Part shown: positions 9,483 to 19,178 of the stretch, piece by piece
Numbering within the stretch: position 1 is the first letter of the stretch
How the letters are laid out: each line of letters starts with the position of its first letter
From: Gemmatimonadaceae bacterium
GTDB taxonomy: Bacteria > Gemmatimonadota > Gemmatimonadetes > Gemmatimonadales > Gemmatimonadaceae
Direction of reading: 5' to 3'
Length of the DNA stretch: 63,198 bases
NCBI GenBank assembly: GCA_040901985.1
Contig: JBBDYC010000002.1
Location: 102,457 to 165,654 of the forward strand
The notes under the pieces: model-generated
Told to the model about the DNA's origin: nothing
What the model saw: the letters and a program-made list of their open reading frames with translations, nothing else
The model's database searches: none
Made by a program: the position numbers and the translations under genes

Positions 9483-11156
9483 ATGGCCCCACAGTTCATT
9501 TACGTAATGAAGGCGTTGAAGAAGGTCATTCCGCCTTCGCGCATCATCCTCGACGACATCTGGCTCTCGTTCTATCCCGGCGCCAAGATCGGGGTGCTGG
9601 GCCCCAACGGTGCCGGCAAGTCATCGCTCCTGAAGATCATGGCCGGGGTGGACACCGAGTTCCAGGGCGAGGCGTGGCCGCACAAGGGCACCAAGATCAG
9701 CTACCTCCCGCAGGAGCCGCACCTCGACGAGTCGCTCGATGTACGGGGCAACGTGGAACTCGCCGTGAAGCCGCAGCGCGACCTCCTCAGGAAGTTCGAG
9801 GCGATCTCGGCGAAGTTCGGCGAGCCGATGGACGACGACGCGATGAACGCGCTGATCGAGGAGCAGGGGAAGGTGCAGGAGCGGATTGACGCGCTCGACC
9901 TCTGGAACCTCGACAACACGATCGAGGTGGCGATGGACGCGCTGCGTCTCCCACCGTCGGATGCCGGCGTGAAGCACCTCTCCGGCGGCGAGAAGCGGCG
10001 CGTGGCGCTGTGTCGCGTGCTCCTCGAGCAGCCCGACATGCTCCTGCTCGACGAACCGACCAATCACCTCGACGCCGAGTCGGTGGCGTGGCTGGAGCAC
10101 TACCTCGAGACCTTCCCGGGGACCGTTGTGGCAATCACGCACGACCGCTACTTCCTCGACAACGTGGCCAAGTGGATCCTCGAACTCGACCGCGGTCGCG
10201 GGGTGCCGTACGAAGGGAACTACTCGGGTTGGCTCGACCAGAAGCGGACACGGATGGCGCAGGAGGAGAAGGTCGCCTCGGCGCGGCAGCGGTCGCTGCA
10301 GCGCGAGCTCGAGTGGGTGCGGATGGCGCCGCGGGCGCGGCAGGCCAAGAGCAAGGCGCGATTGCAGAAGTACGAGGAACTTGCCAGCGAGGCGCAGAAC
10401 GAGCGGATCGCCAGCAACGAGATTGTCATTCCGCCGGCGCCGCGGCTCGGCAACGACGTGGTGATCGCGAAGGGGCTTCGAAAGGGCTATGGCGACACGC
10501 TGTTGATCGAGGGGCTCGACTTCTCGCTCCCGCGCGGTGGCATCGTCGGCGTGATCGGCCCCAACGGCGCCGGCAAGACGACGCTCTTCCGGATGATCAC
10601 CGGCCAGGAGCAACCCGACGGCGGGACGCTCAAGGTTGGCGAGACGGTCAAGCTCGCGTACGTGGACCAGTCCCGTACGCTCGACCCGAAGAAGTCGGCG
10701 TGGGAGGAGGTGTCGGGCGGCAACGAGACGATCCTCGTCGGCAAGAAGGAGATGAACACGCGCGCCTACCTCTCCAGCTTCAACTTCAAGGGAACCGACC
10801 AGCAGAAGAAGGTCGGCGTCCTCTCCGGCGGCGAACGCAACCGGCTGCACCTCGCCAAGACGGTGATGAGCGGCGGCAACCTGCTCCTCCTCGACGAGCC
10901 GACGAACGACCTTGACGTGGACACGCTGCGCGCGCTGGAGGAGGCGCTGGTGGACTACTCCGGATGCGCGGTGGTGATCTCGCACGACCGGTGGTTCCTC
11001 GACCGGCTGGCGACGCACATCCTGGCGTTCGAGGGCGACTCGGAGGTCGTCTGGTTCGAGGGGAATTATCAGGCGTACGTCGAGGACCTGCGGAAGCGGA
11101 AGGGCGCCGACGCGGACCAGCCGCACCGGATCAAGTTCAAGCCGCTGGTGCGGTGA
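9483..11156 (+). CDS. ettA: Energy-dependent translational throttle ABC-F ATPase
   Basis: Two ABC domains with no TM domain; [23 protein letters not shown]...[10 protein letters not shown] and C-terminal [10 protein letters not shown]. Confidence 0.95.
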   Translation: MAPQFIYVMKALKKVIPPSRIILDDIWLSFYPGAKIGVLGPNGAGKSSLLKIMAGVDTEFQGEAWPHKGTKISYLPQEPHLDESLDVRGNVELAVKPQRDLLRKFEAISAKFGEPMDDDAMNALIEEQGKVQERIDALDLWNLDNTIEVAMDALRLPPSDAGVKHLSGGEKRRVALCRVLLEQPDMLLLDEPTNHLDAESVAWLEHYLETFPGTVVAITHDRYFLDNVAKWILELDRGRGVPYEGNYSGWLDQKRTRMAQEEKVASARQRSLQRELEWVRMAPRARQAKSKARLQKYEELASEAQNERIASNEIVIPPAPRLGNDVVIAKGLRKGYGDTLLIEGLDFSLPRGGIVGVIGPNGAGKTTLFRMITGQEQPDGGTLKVGETVKLAYVDQSRTLDPKKSAWEEVSGGNETILVGKKEMNTRAYLSSFNFKGTDQQKKVGVLSGGERNRLHLAKTVMSGGNLLLLDEPTNDLDVDTLRALEEALVDYSGCAVVISHDRWFLDRLATHILAFEGDSEVVWFEGNYQAYVEDLRKRKGADADQPHRIKFKPLVR

Positions 11157-11254
11157 GCTGAGGTCGCGCCCGCGGCCGGACCGCGCCGCCTCGGTTGCCG
11201 CCGGTCCTACCCGGAGCGATCTTCGCGACGTCCCACCTCACCACTGAGGCCTCC

Positions 11255-13390
11255 ATGGGAGTCGTTGGCACGAGCGTCCCCCGCAAGGACGCCGCCGAGA
11301 AGGTGTCGGGGACCGCGCGCTACGTGGACGACATCACCTTCCCGGGGATGCTGCACGCGCGGACGGTGCGCACTACGATCCCGAGCGGGCGCGTCACCGG
11401 CGTGCGGCTCGACTTCGACCAGACCGGGTTTACCGTTGTGGACTGGCGCGACATCCCCGCCGCCGGCCGCAACATCATTGATCTGATCGTGCACGATCAA
11501 CCCTGTCTCGTCGAGTCCGAGGTGCGCCACGTCGGTGAGGCGGTGGTCCTCCTTGCGCACGACGACCGGGAGAAACTCCTCCAGGCGACGGTCGAGATTG
11601 ACTACGACCGCACCGAGCCCCTGCTCGACGCCGAACGCTCGGACAGGATCCACAAGCACATCCTGATAGAGAAGGGGAAGCTCGACCGCGGCTTCAATCA
11701 GGCAGACCTGATCGTCGAGGGCGAGTATCGCACCGGCCACCAGGAACACATTTACATCGAGACGAACGGGTGCATCGCCGTGCCGGAAGCGAATGGCGGC
11801 GTCACAATCTACGGCTCGCTCCAGTGTCCGTACTACGTGCACAAGGCGCTGGTGACGTTGCTCGGACTGCCGCGGCATCTGGTGCGCGTACTGCAGACGG
11901 AGCCCGGCGGAGGGTTCGGCGGCAAGGAGGAGTATCCCTCGCTGATCGCCGGCCACGCCGCGCTGCTCGCGCTCAAGTCTCGGCGACCGGTGAAGCTGGT
12001 CTATGATCGCGGGGAGGATATGTGGGCGACGACGAAGCGCCACCCGTCGGTCGTGCGCCATCGGACCGGGGTGAAGAAGGACGGACGGATCGTCGCGATG
12101 GAGATTGATGTGCTCTTCGACGGCGGCGCCTACGTCACGCTGAGCCCGGTGGTCCTCTCGCGGGGGTGCATCCACGCGGCCGGACCGTACCGCTGTGCGA
12201 ACACGCAGATCGACGGCCGGGCGGTCTTTACCAACACGAACCCCAACGGCGCGTTCCGTGGATTCGGCGCTCCGCAGACGCAGTTCGCGATGGAGCTGCA
12301 GATGGACCGGATTGCCGCCGCGCTGGAAATGGACCCGGCGAAGCTTCGGCTGAAGAACGTGCTCCGGCCGGGCGACAGCACCGCCACCGGCCAGGTGCTC
12401 GGCGACGATTGTTCCGCCGAGATCGTGTTGCGCGAGGCGATCAAGCGGAGCGGCTGGCGGCGAAAGCGCGTGGCCCTCGACGGGACCGACCGCGGCATCG
12501 GGATGGCCCTCTTTTATCACGGCTCGGGATTCACCGGCGCAGGCGAGGTCCGGCTGGCGTCGGAGTGCGCGATCGAGACGACCGACCGCGGCGTGCGGAT
12601 TCTCACCGCGAGCGCGGAGATCGGGCAGGGCACGCGCACGATGCACGCGCAGATCGTCGCCGACGCGATGGGCATCTCCTACGACGAGGTGGACGTCGCA
12701 ATCCCCGACACGGCGATCGTGCCGGACAGCGGCCCGACCGTCGCGTCGCGGACCTGTATGGTGGTCGGGCGGATACTTGAGCGGTGCGCGCACGGCCTGA
12801 AGGAGGAGTTGCGCGGAATGGCGCCCGGCGAACACCACCGCACCAAGGGTCCGCTCAAGGTCACGAGGAAGTACGAGCCACCGCCCGGCATCACGTGGGA
12901 TGACGACCTCTACGTCGGTGACGCGTACGCCACCTTCTCGTGGGCGTGTGATGTCGCCGAGGTCGCGCTCGACCGCGACACGTACGAGGTGAAGACGACG
13001 AAGATGACGGTGGTCCACGAGTTCGGTCGCGCAATCCACCCGGTGATGGCGCTCGGACAGATCGAAGGCGGGACCGCGCAGGGCGTGGGGTACGCGCTGA
13101 TCGAACACGTGGTGATGAAGGACGGCGCGATGCTCAACGCGCAGCTCACCAACTACACGATCCCGACCACGCTCGACACGCCGCAGATGGACACGATCAT
13201 CGTGGACAACCCGTACCCACACGGCCCTTTCGGCGCCAAGGGAGTCGGGGAGATCCCGATGGACGGACCGGCGCCAGCGATCGTGAACGCAATCCGCCAC
13301 CTGGGGATTGACGTCACCGAAGTACCGGCGTTGCCCGAGGTCGTGATGCGTGCGGTGAATGCCGGGCGTGGCCGAGGGGGCGTCGCGTGA
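11255..13390 (+). CDS. Xanthine dehydrogenase family molybdopterin-binding subunit
   Basis: GGGFGGKE, AFRGFGAPQ, EIGQG, GQIEGG and GAKGVGE motifs; ATG at 11255 follows GAGG. Confidence 0.92.
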   Translation: MGVVGTSVPRKDAAEKVSGTARYVDDITFPGMLHARTVRTTIPSGRVTGVRLDFDQTGFTVVDWRDIPAAGRNIIDLIVHDQPCLVESEVRHVGEAVVLLAHDDREKLLQATVEIDYDRTEPLLDAERSDRIHKHILIEKGKLDRGFNQADLIVEGEYRTGHQEHIYIETNGCIAVPEANGGVTIYGSLQCPYYVHKALVTLLGLPRHLVRVLQTEPGGGFGGKEEYPSLIAGHAALLALKSRRPVKLVYDRGEDMWATTKRHPSVVRHRTGVKKDGRIVAMEIDVLFDGGAYVTLSPVVLSRGCIHAAGPYRCANTQIDGRAVFTNTNPNGAFRGFGAPQTQFAMELQMDRIAAALEMDPAKLRLKNVLRPGDSTATGQVLGDDCSAEIVLREAIKRSGWRRKRVALDGTDRGIGMALFYHGSGFTGAGEVRLASECAIETTDRGVRILTASAEIGQGTRTMHAQIVADAMGISYDEVDVAIPDTAIVPDSGPTVASRTCMVVGRILERCAHGLKEELRGMAPGEHHRTKGPLKVTRKYEPPPGITWDDDLYVGDAYATFSWACDVAEVALDRDTYEVKTTKMTVVHEFGRAIHPVMALGQIEGGTAQGVGYALIEHVVMKDGAMLNAQLTNYTIPTTLDTPQMDTIIVDNPYPHGPFGAKGVGEIPMDGPAPAIVNAIRHLGIDVTEVPALPEVVMRAVNAGRGRGGVA

Positions 13391-13869
13391 AGTTCCAGCT
13401 CAATGGTCGGGCGGTGGATGTCGAGGCGGCGCCGATGGCGCGGCTGCTCGACGTCCTGCGCGAGGAATGCGGGCTCACCGGCACCAAGGAAGGGTGCGGT
13501 GAGGGGGAGTGCGGGGCCTGTACGGTACTGATGGATGGGGAGCCGGTCTGCTCGTGCCTCGTGCCGTTCGCGCAGGCGCGGGACACAGCGGTCCTCACCA
13601 TCGAGGGACTCGGGGGGACGCACGCGCTCCAGGAGGCGTTCGCCCTCGAAGGCGGCGCGCAGTGCGGGATCTGCACACCGGGAATGATCCTGGCGGCGCT
13701 CCGGCTGCCAGCCAAGGCAACGCGGGAACAAGTGAGGATCGGGCTGGCGGGGAATCTCTGCCGCTGCACGGGCTACGAGGCGATCTATCGCGCGATCCAA
13801 AAGGTCGTGGACGATGGTGGGCTCACGTTGCCCGCGGCCGCGCGGATCATCGACGGACCGCCGACGTGA
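13387..13869 (+). CDS. Xanthine dehydrogenase 2Fe-2S subunit
   Basis: GCGEGECGACTV, QCGICTPG and NLCRCTGY motifs. Confidence 0.93.
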   Translation: MKFQLNGRAVDVEAAPMARLLDVLREECGLTGTKEGCGEGECGACTVLMDGEPVCSCLVPFAQARDTAVLTIEGLGGTHALQEAFALEGGAQCGICTPGMILAALRLPAKATREQVRIGLAGNLCRCTGYEAIYRAIQKVVDDGGLTLPAAARIIDGPPT

Positions 13870-14693
13870 GGACGGCGCTCAGCGGACTCTCGCTTCACCA
13901 GCCGGCGACGATCGCAAGCGCGCTGAAGCTGATGCGCGGCGATCCGCCGCCGCTGCCGATCGCCGGCTGCACGGACGTCTTTGTCCAGCTCAACTTCGGC
14001 ACGCTGAAGGAGACGCAGTTCATCGACCTCTCGCGCATCGGCACGCTGCGGCGGATCGTCGTGCACGACGCGGTGCTGTCGATCGGGGCCACGGCGAGCT
14101 ACGCCGAGATCATGCGGTCGCGCCTGGTGCGCCAGCGACTGCCGATGCTGGTTGCGGCGGCGCGCGAGATCGGCGGTCCGCAAATCCAGGCGCGCGGGAC
14201 GATCGGCGGGAACGTCGCCAATGCGTCGCCGGCGGGTGACACGCTGCCGGTGCTGGCGGCCGCCGATGCGCTGGTCGTGCTCGCGAGCGCCGACGGCGAA
14301 CGGCGCGTGCCGTTCACGGAGTTCTCGACGGGCTACCGCATGACCGTTCGCCGACCGGAGGAACTCGTCGTGGCGATCGAGGTGCCAATCGTGGACGGCC
14401 AGCAGTGGTTCCGGAAGGTCGGGACGCGGGCCGCGCAAGCGATCTCGAAGCTCGTGATGGCCGGAGTGCGCCGGCCGGCCGCGGCGCCGAGCCTGGCGAT
14501 CGGGTCAGTCGCGCCGACGGTGATCCGCCTCCCCCGCACCGAGGCGGCGCTCGGGTCGGGGGCCAGCGTCGCCGCCGCCCAGCGAATTCTCGCGGAGGAG
14601 ATCCAGCCGATTGACGACGTGCGGTCGACCGCCGAGTACCGCCGCCGCGTGGCGAGCAATCTCCTGGAGCGGTTCTGGACCGAGACGGCGTGA
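13866..14693 (+). CDS. Xanthine dehydrogenase FAD-binding subunit
   Basis: GTGA-coupled start; AGCTD, QIQARGTIGGNVANASPAGD and PIDDVRSTAEYRR motifs. Confidence 0.92.
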   Translation: MRTALSGLSLHQPATIASALKLMRGDPPPLPIAGCTDVFVQLNFGTLKETQFIDLSRIGTLRRIVVHDAVLSIGATASYAEIMRSRLVRQRLPMLVAAAREIGGPQIQARGTIGGNVANASPAGDTLPVLAAADALVVLASADGERRVPFTEFSTGYRMTVRRPEELVVAIEVPIVDGQQWFRKVGTRAAQAISKLVMAGVRRPAAAPSLAIGSVAPTVIRLPRTEAALGSGASVAAAQRILAEEIQPIDDVRSTAEYRRRVASNLLERFWTETA

Positions 14694-16066
14694 GCGAGCC
14701 CGAGCGCCCCACGATCTTCCGCGCGGAACGAGTGGTGCTCCCCGACGGAGTGCGGCCCGCCGCGGTTCACGTCGCGGACGGCACGATTGTCCGGGTCACG
14801 GACTACGACGACGTGCCCGTTGGGGCCACTGTCGAGACCTTCGCCGACGCCGCGCTCCTGCCCGGCGTGGTGGACTCGCACGTGCATATCAACGAACCGG
14901 GGCGCACGGAGTGGGAAGGCTTTGCGTCGGCGACACGGGCGGCGGCGGCCGGTGGCGTGACGACGCTGGTCGAGATGCCGCTCAACGCCGTCCCGCCGAC
15001 CACGACGGTGGCGGGACTTCGGGCGAAGGCAGCAGCGGCCCGCGTCGGCATCGCCGTGGACGTTGGCTTCTGGGGCGGCGTCGTGCCGGAAAACACGTCC
15101 GAGCTCGGCGCGCTCTGGCGTGCCGGGGTCTGCGGCTTCAAGGCGTTCCTCGCGCCGTCGGGCGTGGACGAGTTCGAGCACGTGACCGAGTCAGACCTGC
15201 GCGCGGCGCTGCCGGCACTGGCCACACTCGACGCGCCGCTGCTCGTGCACGCCGAGCTACCGGCGTTGCTGCGCCCGCCTGCCGATCGCTCGGCAGCTGG
15301 ACGGCGGCGCTACGCGAATTATCTCGCCACCCGGCCGCCGGAAGCGGAAGCGGGCGCCATCGGCCTGCTCATCGAACTCGCGGCGGAGAGCGGCGTCCAC
15401 GTCCACATCGTGCATCTGGCGACCGCCGCCGCGCTGCCCGCCATCGAACGCGCGCGAGCGGCCGGCGTCCGCCTCACCGTGGAGACCTGTCCCCACTATC
15501 TCCACTTTGCGGCCGAGGAGATTCCCGACGGTCGCACCGAGTTCAAGTGTGCGCCGCCGATCCGTGGCCACGCGGATCGCGAGGCACTCTGGGCGGCGCT
15601 CGGCAGCGGCGCGCTCGATCTTATTGCCACGGACCACTCCCCGTGCCCGCCGGCGCTGAAGTGCGCCGAGGCCGGCGACTTCCTCGAGGCCTGGGGTGGC
15701 ATCGCGTCGCTCCAGCTGGGACTCTCCGTTGCCTGGACAGGTGCGCAGCCACGCGGGTACGGATTGCCCGAGATTGCCCGCTGGATGTCGGCGGCGCCGG
15801 CGCGGCTCGCCGGACTTCCATCGAAAGGCGCGATCGCGGTCGGACGGGATGCGGACCTGGTTGCCTTTGACCCGGATGCCGGGTGGACGGTGGATCCGCG
15901 TCAACTCCAGCATCGGCACGCAGTCACTCCGTACGCCGGGGCGCGGCTCACCGGTCTGGTGCGTGGTACATTCGTGCGTGGCCGGTGCGTCTTCCGCGAT
16001 GGCGTGATCCAACAGGAAGGCACTGGGCGACTTCTCACCGGGCGGGGATTCAACACACGTGACTGA
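14690..16066 (+). CDS. allB: Allantoinase
   Basis: DSHVHINEPGRTEWEGF, EMPLNAVP, FKCAPPIR, DHSPCP and AWGGIASLQ motifs. Confidence 0.93.
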   Translation: MSEPERPTIFRAERVVLPDGVRPAAVHVADGTIVRVTDYDDVPVGATVETFADAALLPGVVDSHVHINEPGRTEWEGFASATRAAAAGGVTTLVEMPLNAVPPTTTVAGLRAKAAAARVGIAVDVGFWGGVVPENTSELGALWRAGVCGFKAFLAPSGVDEFEHVTESDLRAALPALATLDAPLLVHAELPALLRPPADRSAAGRRRYANYLATRPPEAEAGAIGLLIELAAESGVHVHIVHLATAAALPAIERARAAGVRLTVETCPHYLHFAAEEIPDGRTEFKCAPPIRGHADREALWAALGSGALDLIATDHSPCPPALKCAEAGDFLEAWGGIASLQLGLSVAWTGAQPRGYGLPEIARWMSAAPARLAGLPSKGAIAVGRDADLVAFDPDAGWTVDPRQLQHRHAVTPYAGARLTGLVRGTFVRGRCVFRDGVIQQEGTGRLLTGRGFNTRD

Positions 16067-17060
16067 TCAGGCGGCGCCGAGTGACTTCACCGTGCTTCCC
16101 GACCTGGCCGCCGAGCGCTCCGGCGGTGCGGTGATCTCCGCCAACGACGAGTTCTTCGCCGACAAGGAGAACCTTCTCAAGGCGGCGGCGCCCGTCTGGC
16201 GCGAGGGCGTCTACACCGACCGCGGGAAATGGATGGACGGCTGGGAGACTCGCCGCCGCCGCGAGCCGGGGAGTGATTGGTGCATCATCCGACTCGGCGA
16301 GCCCGGCGTGATCCGTGGCGTCGTGGTCGACACGGCGCACTTCACGGGCAACTATCCGGAGGCGTGCTCGATCGAAGCCGCCAGCCTGCCGGGCGTGCCG
16401 GACGCGGCGGCGCTGGCAAGTGCGCGGTGGGTGGAGATCCTGCCCCGCTCGCCGCTCGCCGGCGATTGCCGGAATCCGTTCGCGATTGCCTCGACCGCTC
16501 GGTGGACGCACCTCCGGTTCAGCATCCACCCCGATGGCGGTGTCGCGCGGCTGCGGGTGCACGGCGACGCCGTCCCCGATGCCGACTTGCTACGCCGTGT
16601 CGCGGGCTGGACCGATCTCGCCGCGCTGTCGAACGGCGGTCAGGTCGTCGCGCAGAGTGACGCCTTCTACGGCACCGCCGCCAATATGCTGAAGGGGGGG
16701 CGCTCCGTGGATATGAGCGACGGCTGGGAAACGAAGCGTCGGCGCGCGCCCGGAAACGAGTGGGCAATCGTGCGGCTCAGCCAGCCGGGCCTCGTGCGGC
16801 GCGCCGAGATTGACACCGACCACTTCAAGGGAAATGCCCCGGGATGGTGTTCGCTCGAGTCGTGCGTCGCACAGCACGACGATCTTTCGGCGGCGGCGTG
16901 GCAACCGCTCCTCCCGCGCACGCCGCTGCAGCCCCACGCGCGTCACGGCTTCGAGAGCGAGCTCGCGACGCGTGACGCCGTGACGCACGTGCGGCTCAGC
17001 ATCTATCCCGATGGCGGCATCGCGCGCCTTCGGTTGTTGGGTACGGCGTGCCGCACCTGA
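16059..17060 (+). CDS. alc: Allantoicase
   Basis: Two internal repeats, each with DGWET.RRR, DT.HF.GN and PDGG.ARLR. Confidence 0.93.
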   Translation: MTDQAAPSDFTVLPDLAAERSGGAVISANDEFFADKENLLKAAAPVWREGVYTDRGKWMDGWETRRRREPGSDWCIIRLGEPGVIRGVVVDTAHFTGNYPEACSIEAASLPGVPDAAALASARWVEILPRSPLAGDCRNPFAIASTARWTHLRFSIHPDGGVARLRVHGDAVPDADLLRRVAGWTDLAALSNGGQVVAQSDAFYGTAANMLKGGRSVDMSDGWETKRRRAPGNEWAIVRLSQPGLVRRAEIDTDHFKGNAPGWCSLESCVAQHDDLSAAAWQPLLPRTPLQPHARHGFESELATRDAVTHVRLSIYPDGGIARLRLLGTACRT

Positions 17061-17596
17061 CCGCGCTGAATGCGATGCCAGCGGCGGTGGCCGACTCGGC
17101 CTTCCGACAGTGCTGCGGCTCCCGGCGGTGGGCCGACGCGATGACCGCGGCCCGACCCTTCGCGAGCGTGGACGCGCTTCACGCCGCCGCCGATCGCATC
17201 TGGGGCGAGCTCGGCCCCGCCGATTGGCGTGAGGCGTTTGCGATGCATCCTCGGATTGGCGAACGCGAGTCGGTGCCGGTGTCGGGGCCGAGTTCGGGGT
17301 CGGGTCCGAGTTCGGGGTCGGGTCGCGCGGCGGGGTGGTCGGCTGGGGAGCAGGCGGTCGCCGCCACCGCGGACGAGGCGACGCGGCGGGAACTGGCGGA
17401 GGTGAACCGCCAGTATGAAGCGCGGTTCGGGCACGTCTATCTTGTTTGCGCGACGGGTCGTACGGCGGAGGAGCTGCTTGCGGACGCGCGGCGGCGGATG
17501 CAGAACGATGCGCAGGCCGAACTCATTGTCGCGGCCGAGGAGCAGCGCCGGATCACGCGACTGCGCCTCGAGCGACTTCTGGAGGAACGCGGATGA
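17048..17596 (+). CDS. uraD: OHCU decarboxylase
   Basis: CCGS..W, AF..HPRIG, EQ, N..YE.RFG..Y.VCA and EQ.RIT..RL motifs. Confidence 0.9.
   Translation: MPHLTALNAMPAAVADSAFRQCCGSRRWADAMTAARPFASVDALHAAADRIWGELGPADWREAFAMHPRIGERESVPVSGPSSGSGPSSGSGRAAGWSAGEQAVAATADEATRRELAEVNRQYEARFGHVYLVCATGRTAEELLADARRRMQNDAQAELIVAAEEQRRITRLRLERLLEERG
17281..17324 (+). repeat. In-frame 18-bp tandem duplication inside uraD (SGPSSG x2)
   Basis: gtcggggccgagttcggg gtcgggtccgagttcggg gtcgggtc. Confidence 0.7.
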
Positions 17597-17928
17597 TCAG
17601 CACGCACGTACTCGATACCACGGTCGGGCTTCCGGCGGCGGGGGTGCGCGTCGCCCTCGAGCGTCGCGTCGGCGATGCCTGGACGGCGCTCGGCAGCGCC
17701 ACCACCGACGCCGACGGCCGGATTCGGGAGTTGCTCTCGCCCGGCGCGGCGCTCGAGCGCGGGGTGTATCGGCTTCACTTCGAGACCGGCGCGTACTTCG
17801 GCGCGCGCGGCGTCAAGGCGTTCCATCCCGCGGTCGCGGTGGAGTTTGAAGTGACGGATCCGTCGCAACGTCACCACGTGCCGCTGCTTGTCACGCCGTT
17901 CAGCCACTCGACCTACCGGGGAAGCTGA
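17593..17928 (+). CDS. uraH: 5-hydroxyisourate hydrolase (transthyretin-like)
   Basis: ISTHVLD, TDADGR, HVPLL and C-terminal YRGS motifs; ATGA overlap. Confidence 0.93.
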   Translation: MISTHVLDTTVGLPAAGVRVALERRVGDAWTALGSATTDADGRIRELLSPGAALERGVYRLHFETGAYFGARGVKAFHPAVAVEFEVTDPSQRHHVPLLVTPFSHSTYRGS

Positions 17929-17929
17929 G

Positions 17930-19126
17930 GTGACGGTGCTGCTCGACTGGACGAACCTGATCGCGCGCTGGTTCCACATCGTCGCGGGGATCGCCTGGAT
18001 CGGGTCGTCGTTCTTCTTCATCTGGCTCGACCGGCACCTGGCAGCGCCGCCGGCGCCGGCGCCGCGCGTCGAGGGCGAGCTCTGGATGGTGCACAGCGGC
18101 GGTTTCTATAGGATGGAGAAGCGGCTGGTCGAGGCGGGACAGGTGCCGGCCGTGCTGCACTGGGTGAAGTGGGAGGCGACCCTCACCTGGGCGAGCGGGA
18201 TGATCCTCCTCGCTGTGATTTACTACCTGACGGAAGGCGTCTATCTCCTCGACGCGTCCATCTCCGCGCTCACGAACGGCGCTGCGATCGCGTTCTCGCT
18301 CGGGGTGCTCGTCGTCGGGTGGCTTGCCTACGAGGCCGTCTGGCGCTCGCCATTGGCGCGTTCCGGTTGGCTGGCGACGCTAGCGACTCTGGTGCTCTTC
18401 GGCGCAATCACCTTCGTGCTCTTTCGCACGATCAGCGGCCGTGCCGCCTTCATCCACGTGGGCTCGCTCCTGGGCACGATCATGGTGGCGAACGTCTGGG
18501 TGGTGATCCTGCCTTCCCAGCGCCGGATGGTCGCGGCGGCGGCGCGCGGCGAGGAGCCGGATTTTTCCGAGGGAACGAAGGCGAAAGTCCGCTCGGTGCA
18601 CAACAGCTACCTCACCTTCCCGGTGATCTTCACGATGGTGAGCAGCCACTTCCCGCAGACGTACGCGGGGGCGAACGGCTGGATTGTGCTGGCGCTGCTC
18701 GCGGTCGCCGGCGCCGCCGCGCGCCACGCGATGATCGGCGGCCCCGTGCGCGGCGTACGCAAGGAGTGGGCGCTCGCGCCGATGGCGGCCGGGATCGCCG
18801 CTGCGATCGCGATGACGATGCCGGCACCAATGCCGACGGCGGGGGAGGGCACGACCATCGAAGGCGCATCATTCGCCGAGGCGCGGGTGGTGATCGCCGC
18901 GCGGTGCGCCTCGTGTCATTCCATCGCGCCGACCGATCCCATCTTCACCGCGCCGCCCAACGGGGTTGCCTTCGACACGCCGCAGCAGATCCGCGGGCTC
19001 TCAGCGCGGATCCTCGAGCGCGCGGTGGTGCAGCGCACGATGCCGTTCGCGAATCTCTCGGGGATGACCGACGCCGAGCGCGACGTCCTGCGTCGATGGA
19101 TCGAGGCGGGCGCGCCACTGCGGTGA
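17930..19126 (+). CDS. puuD: Membrane urate hydroxylase with C-terminal cytochrome c domain
   Basis: RWFHIVAGIAWIGSSFFF, WMVHSGGFY, KWEA..TW.SG and RSVHN.YLT.PV motifs; CASCH heme motif; MP..N...MT..ER. Confidence 0.9.
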   Translation: MTVLLDWTNLIARWFHIVAGIAWIGSSFFFIWLDRHLAAPPAPAPRVEGELWMVHSGGFYRMEKRLVEAGQVPAVLHWVKWEATLTWASGMILLAVIYYLTEGVYLLDASISALTNGAAIAFSLGVLVVGWLAYEAVWRSPLARSGWLATLATLVLFGAITFVLFRTISGRAAFIHVGSLLGTIMVANVWVVILPSQRRMVAAAARGEEPDFSEGTKAKVRSVHNSYLTFPVIFTMVSSHFPQTYAGANGWIVLALLAVAGAAARHAMIGGPVRGVRKEWALAPMAAGIAAAIAMTMPAPMPTAGEGTTIEGASFAEARVVIAARCASCHSIAPTDPIFTAPPNGVAFDTPQQIRGLSARILERAVVQRTMPFANLSGMTDAERDVLRRWIEAGAPLR

Positions 19127-19178
19127 CCGGTCCGGGCGTCCCGGGAATCCGGAACGTCCGGAGCGTTTGGCGGCCGCG

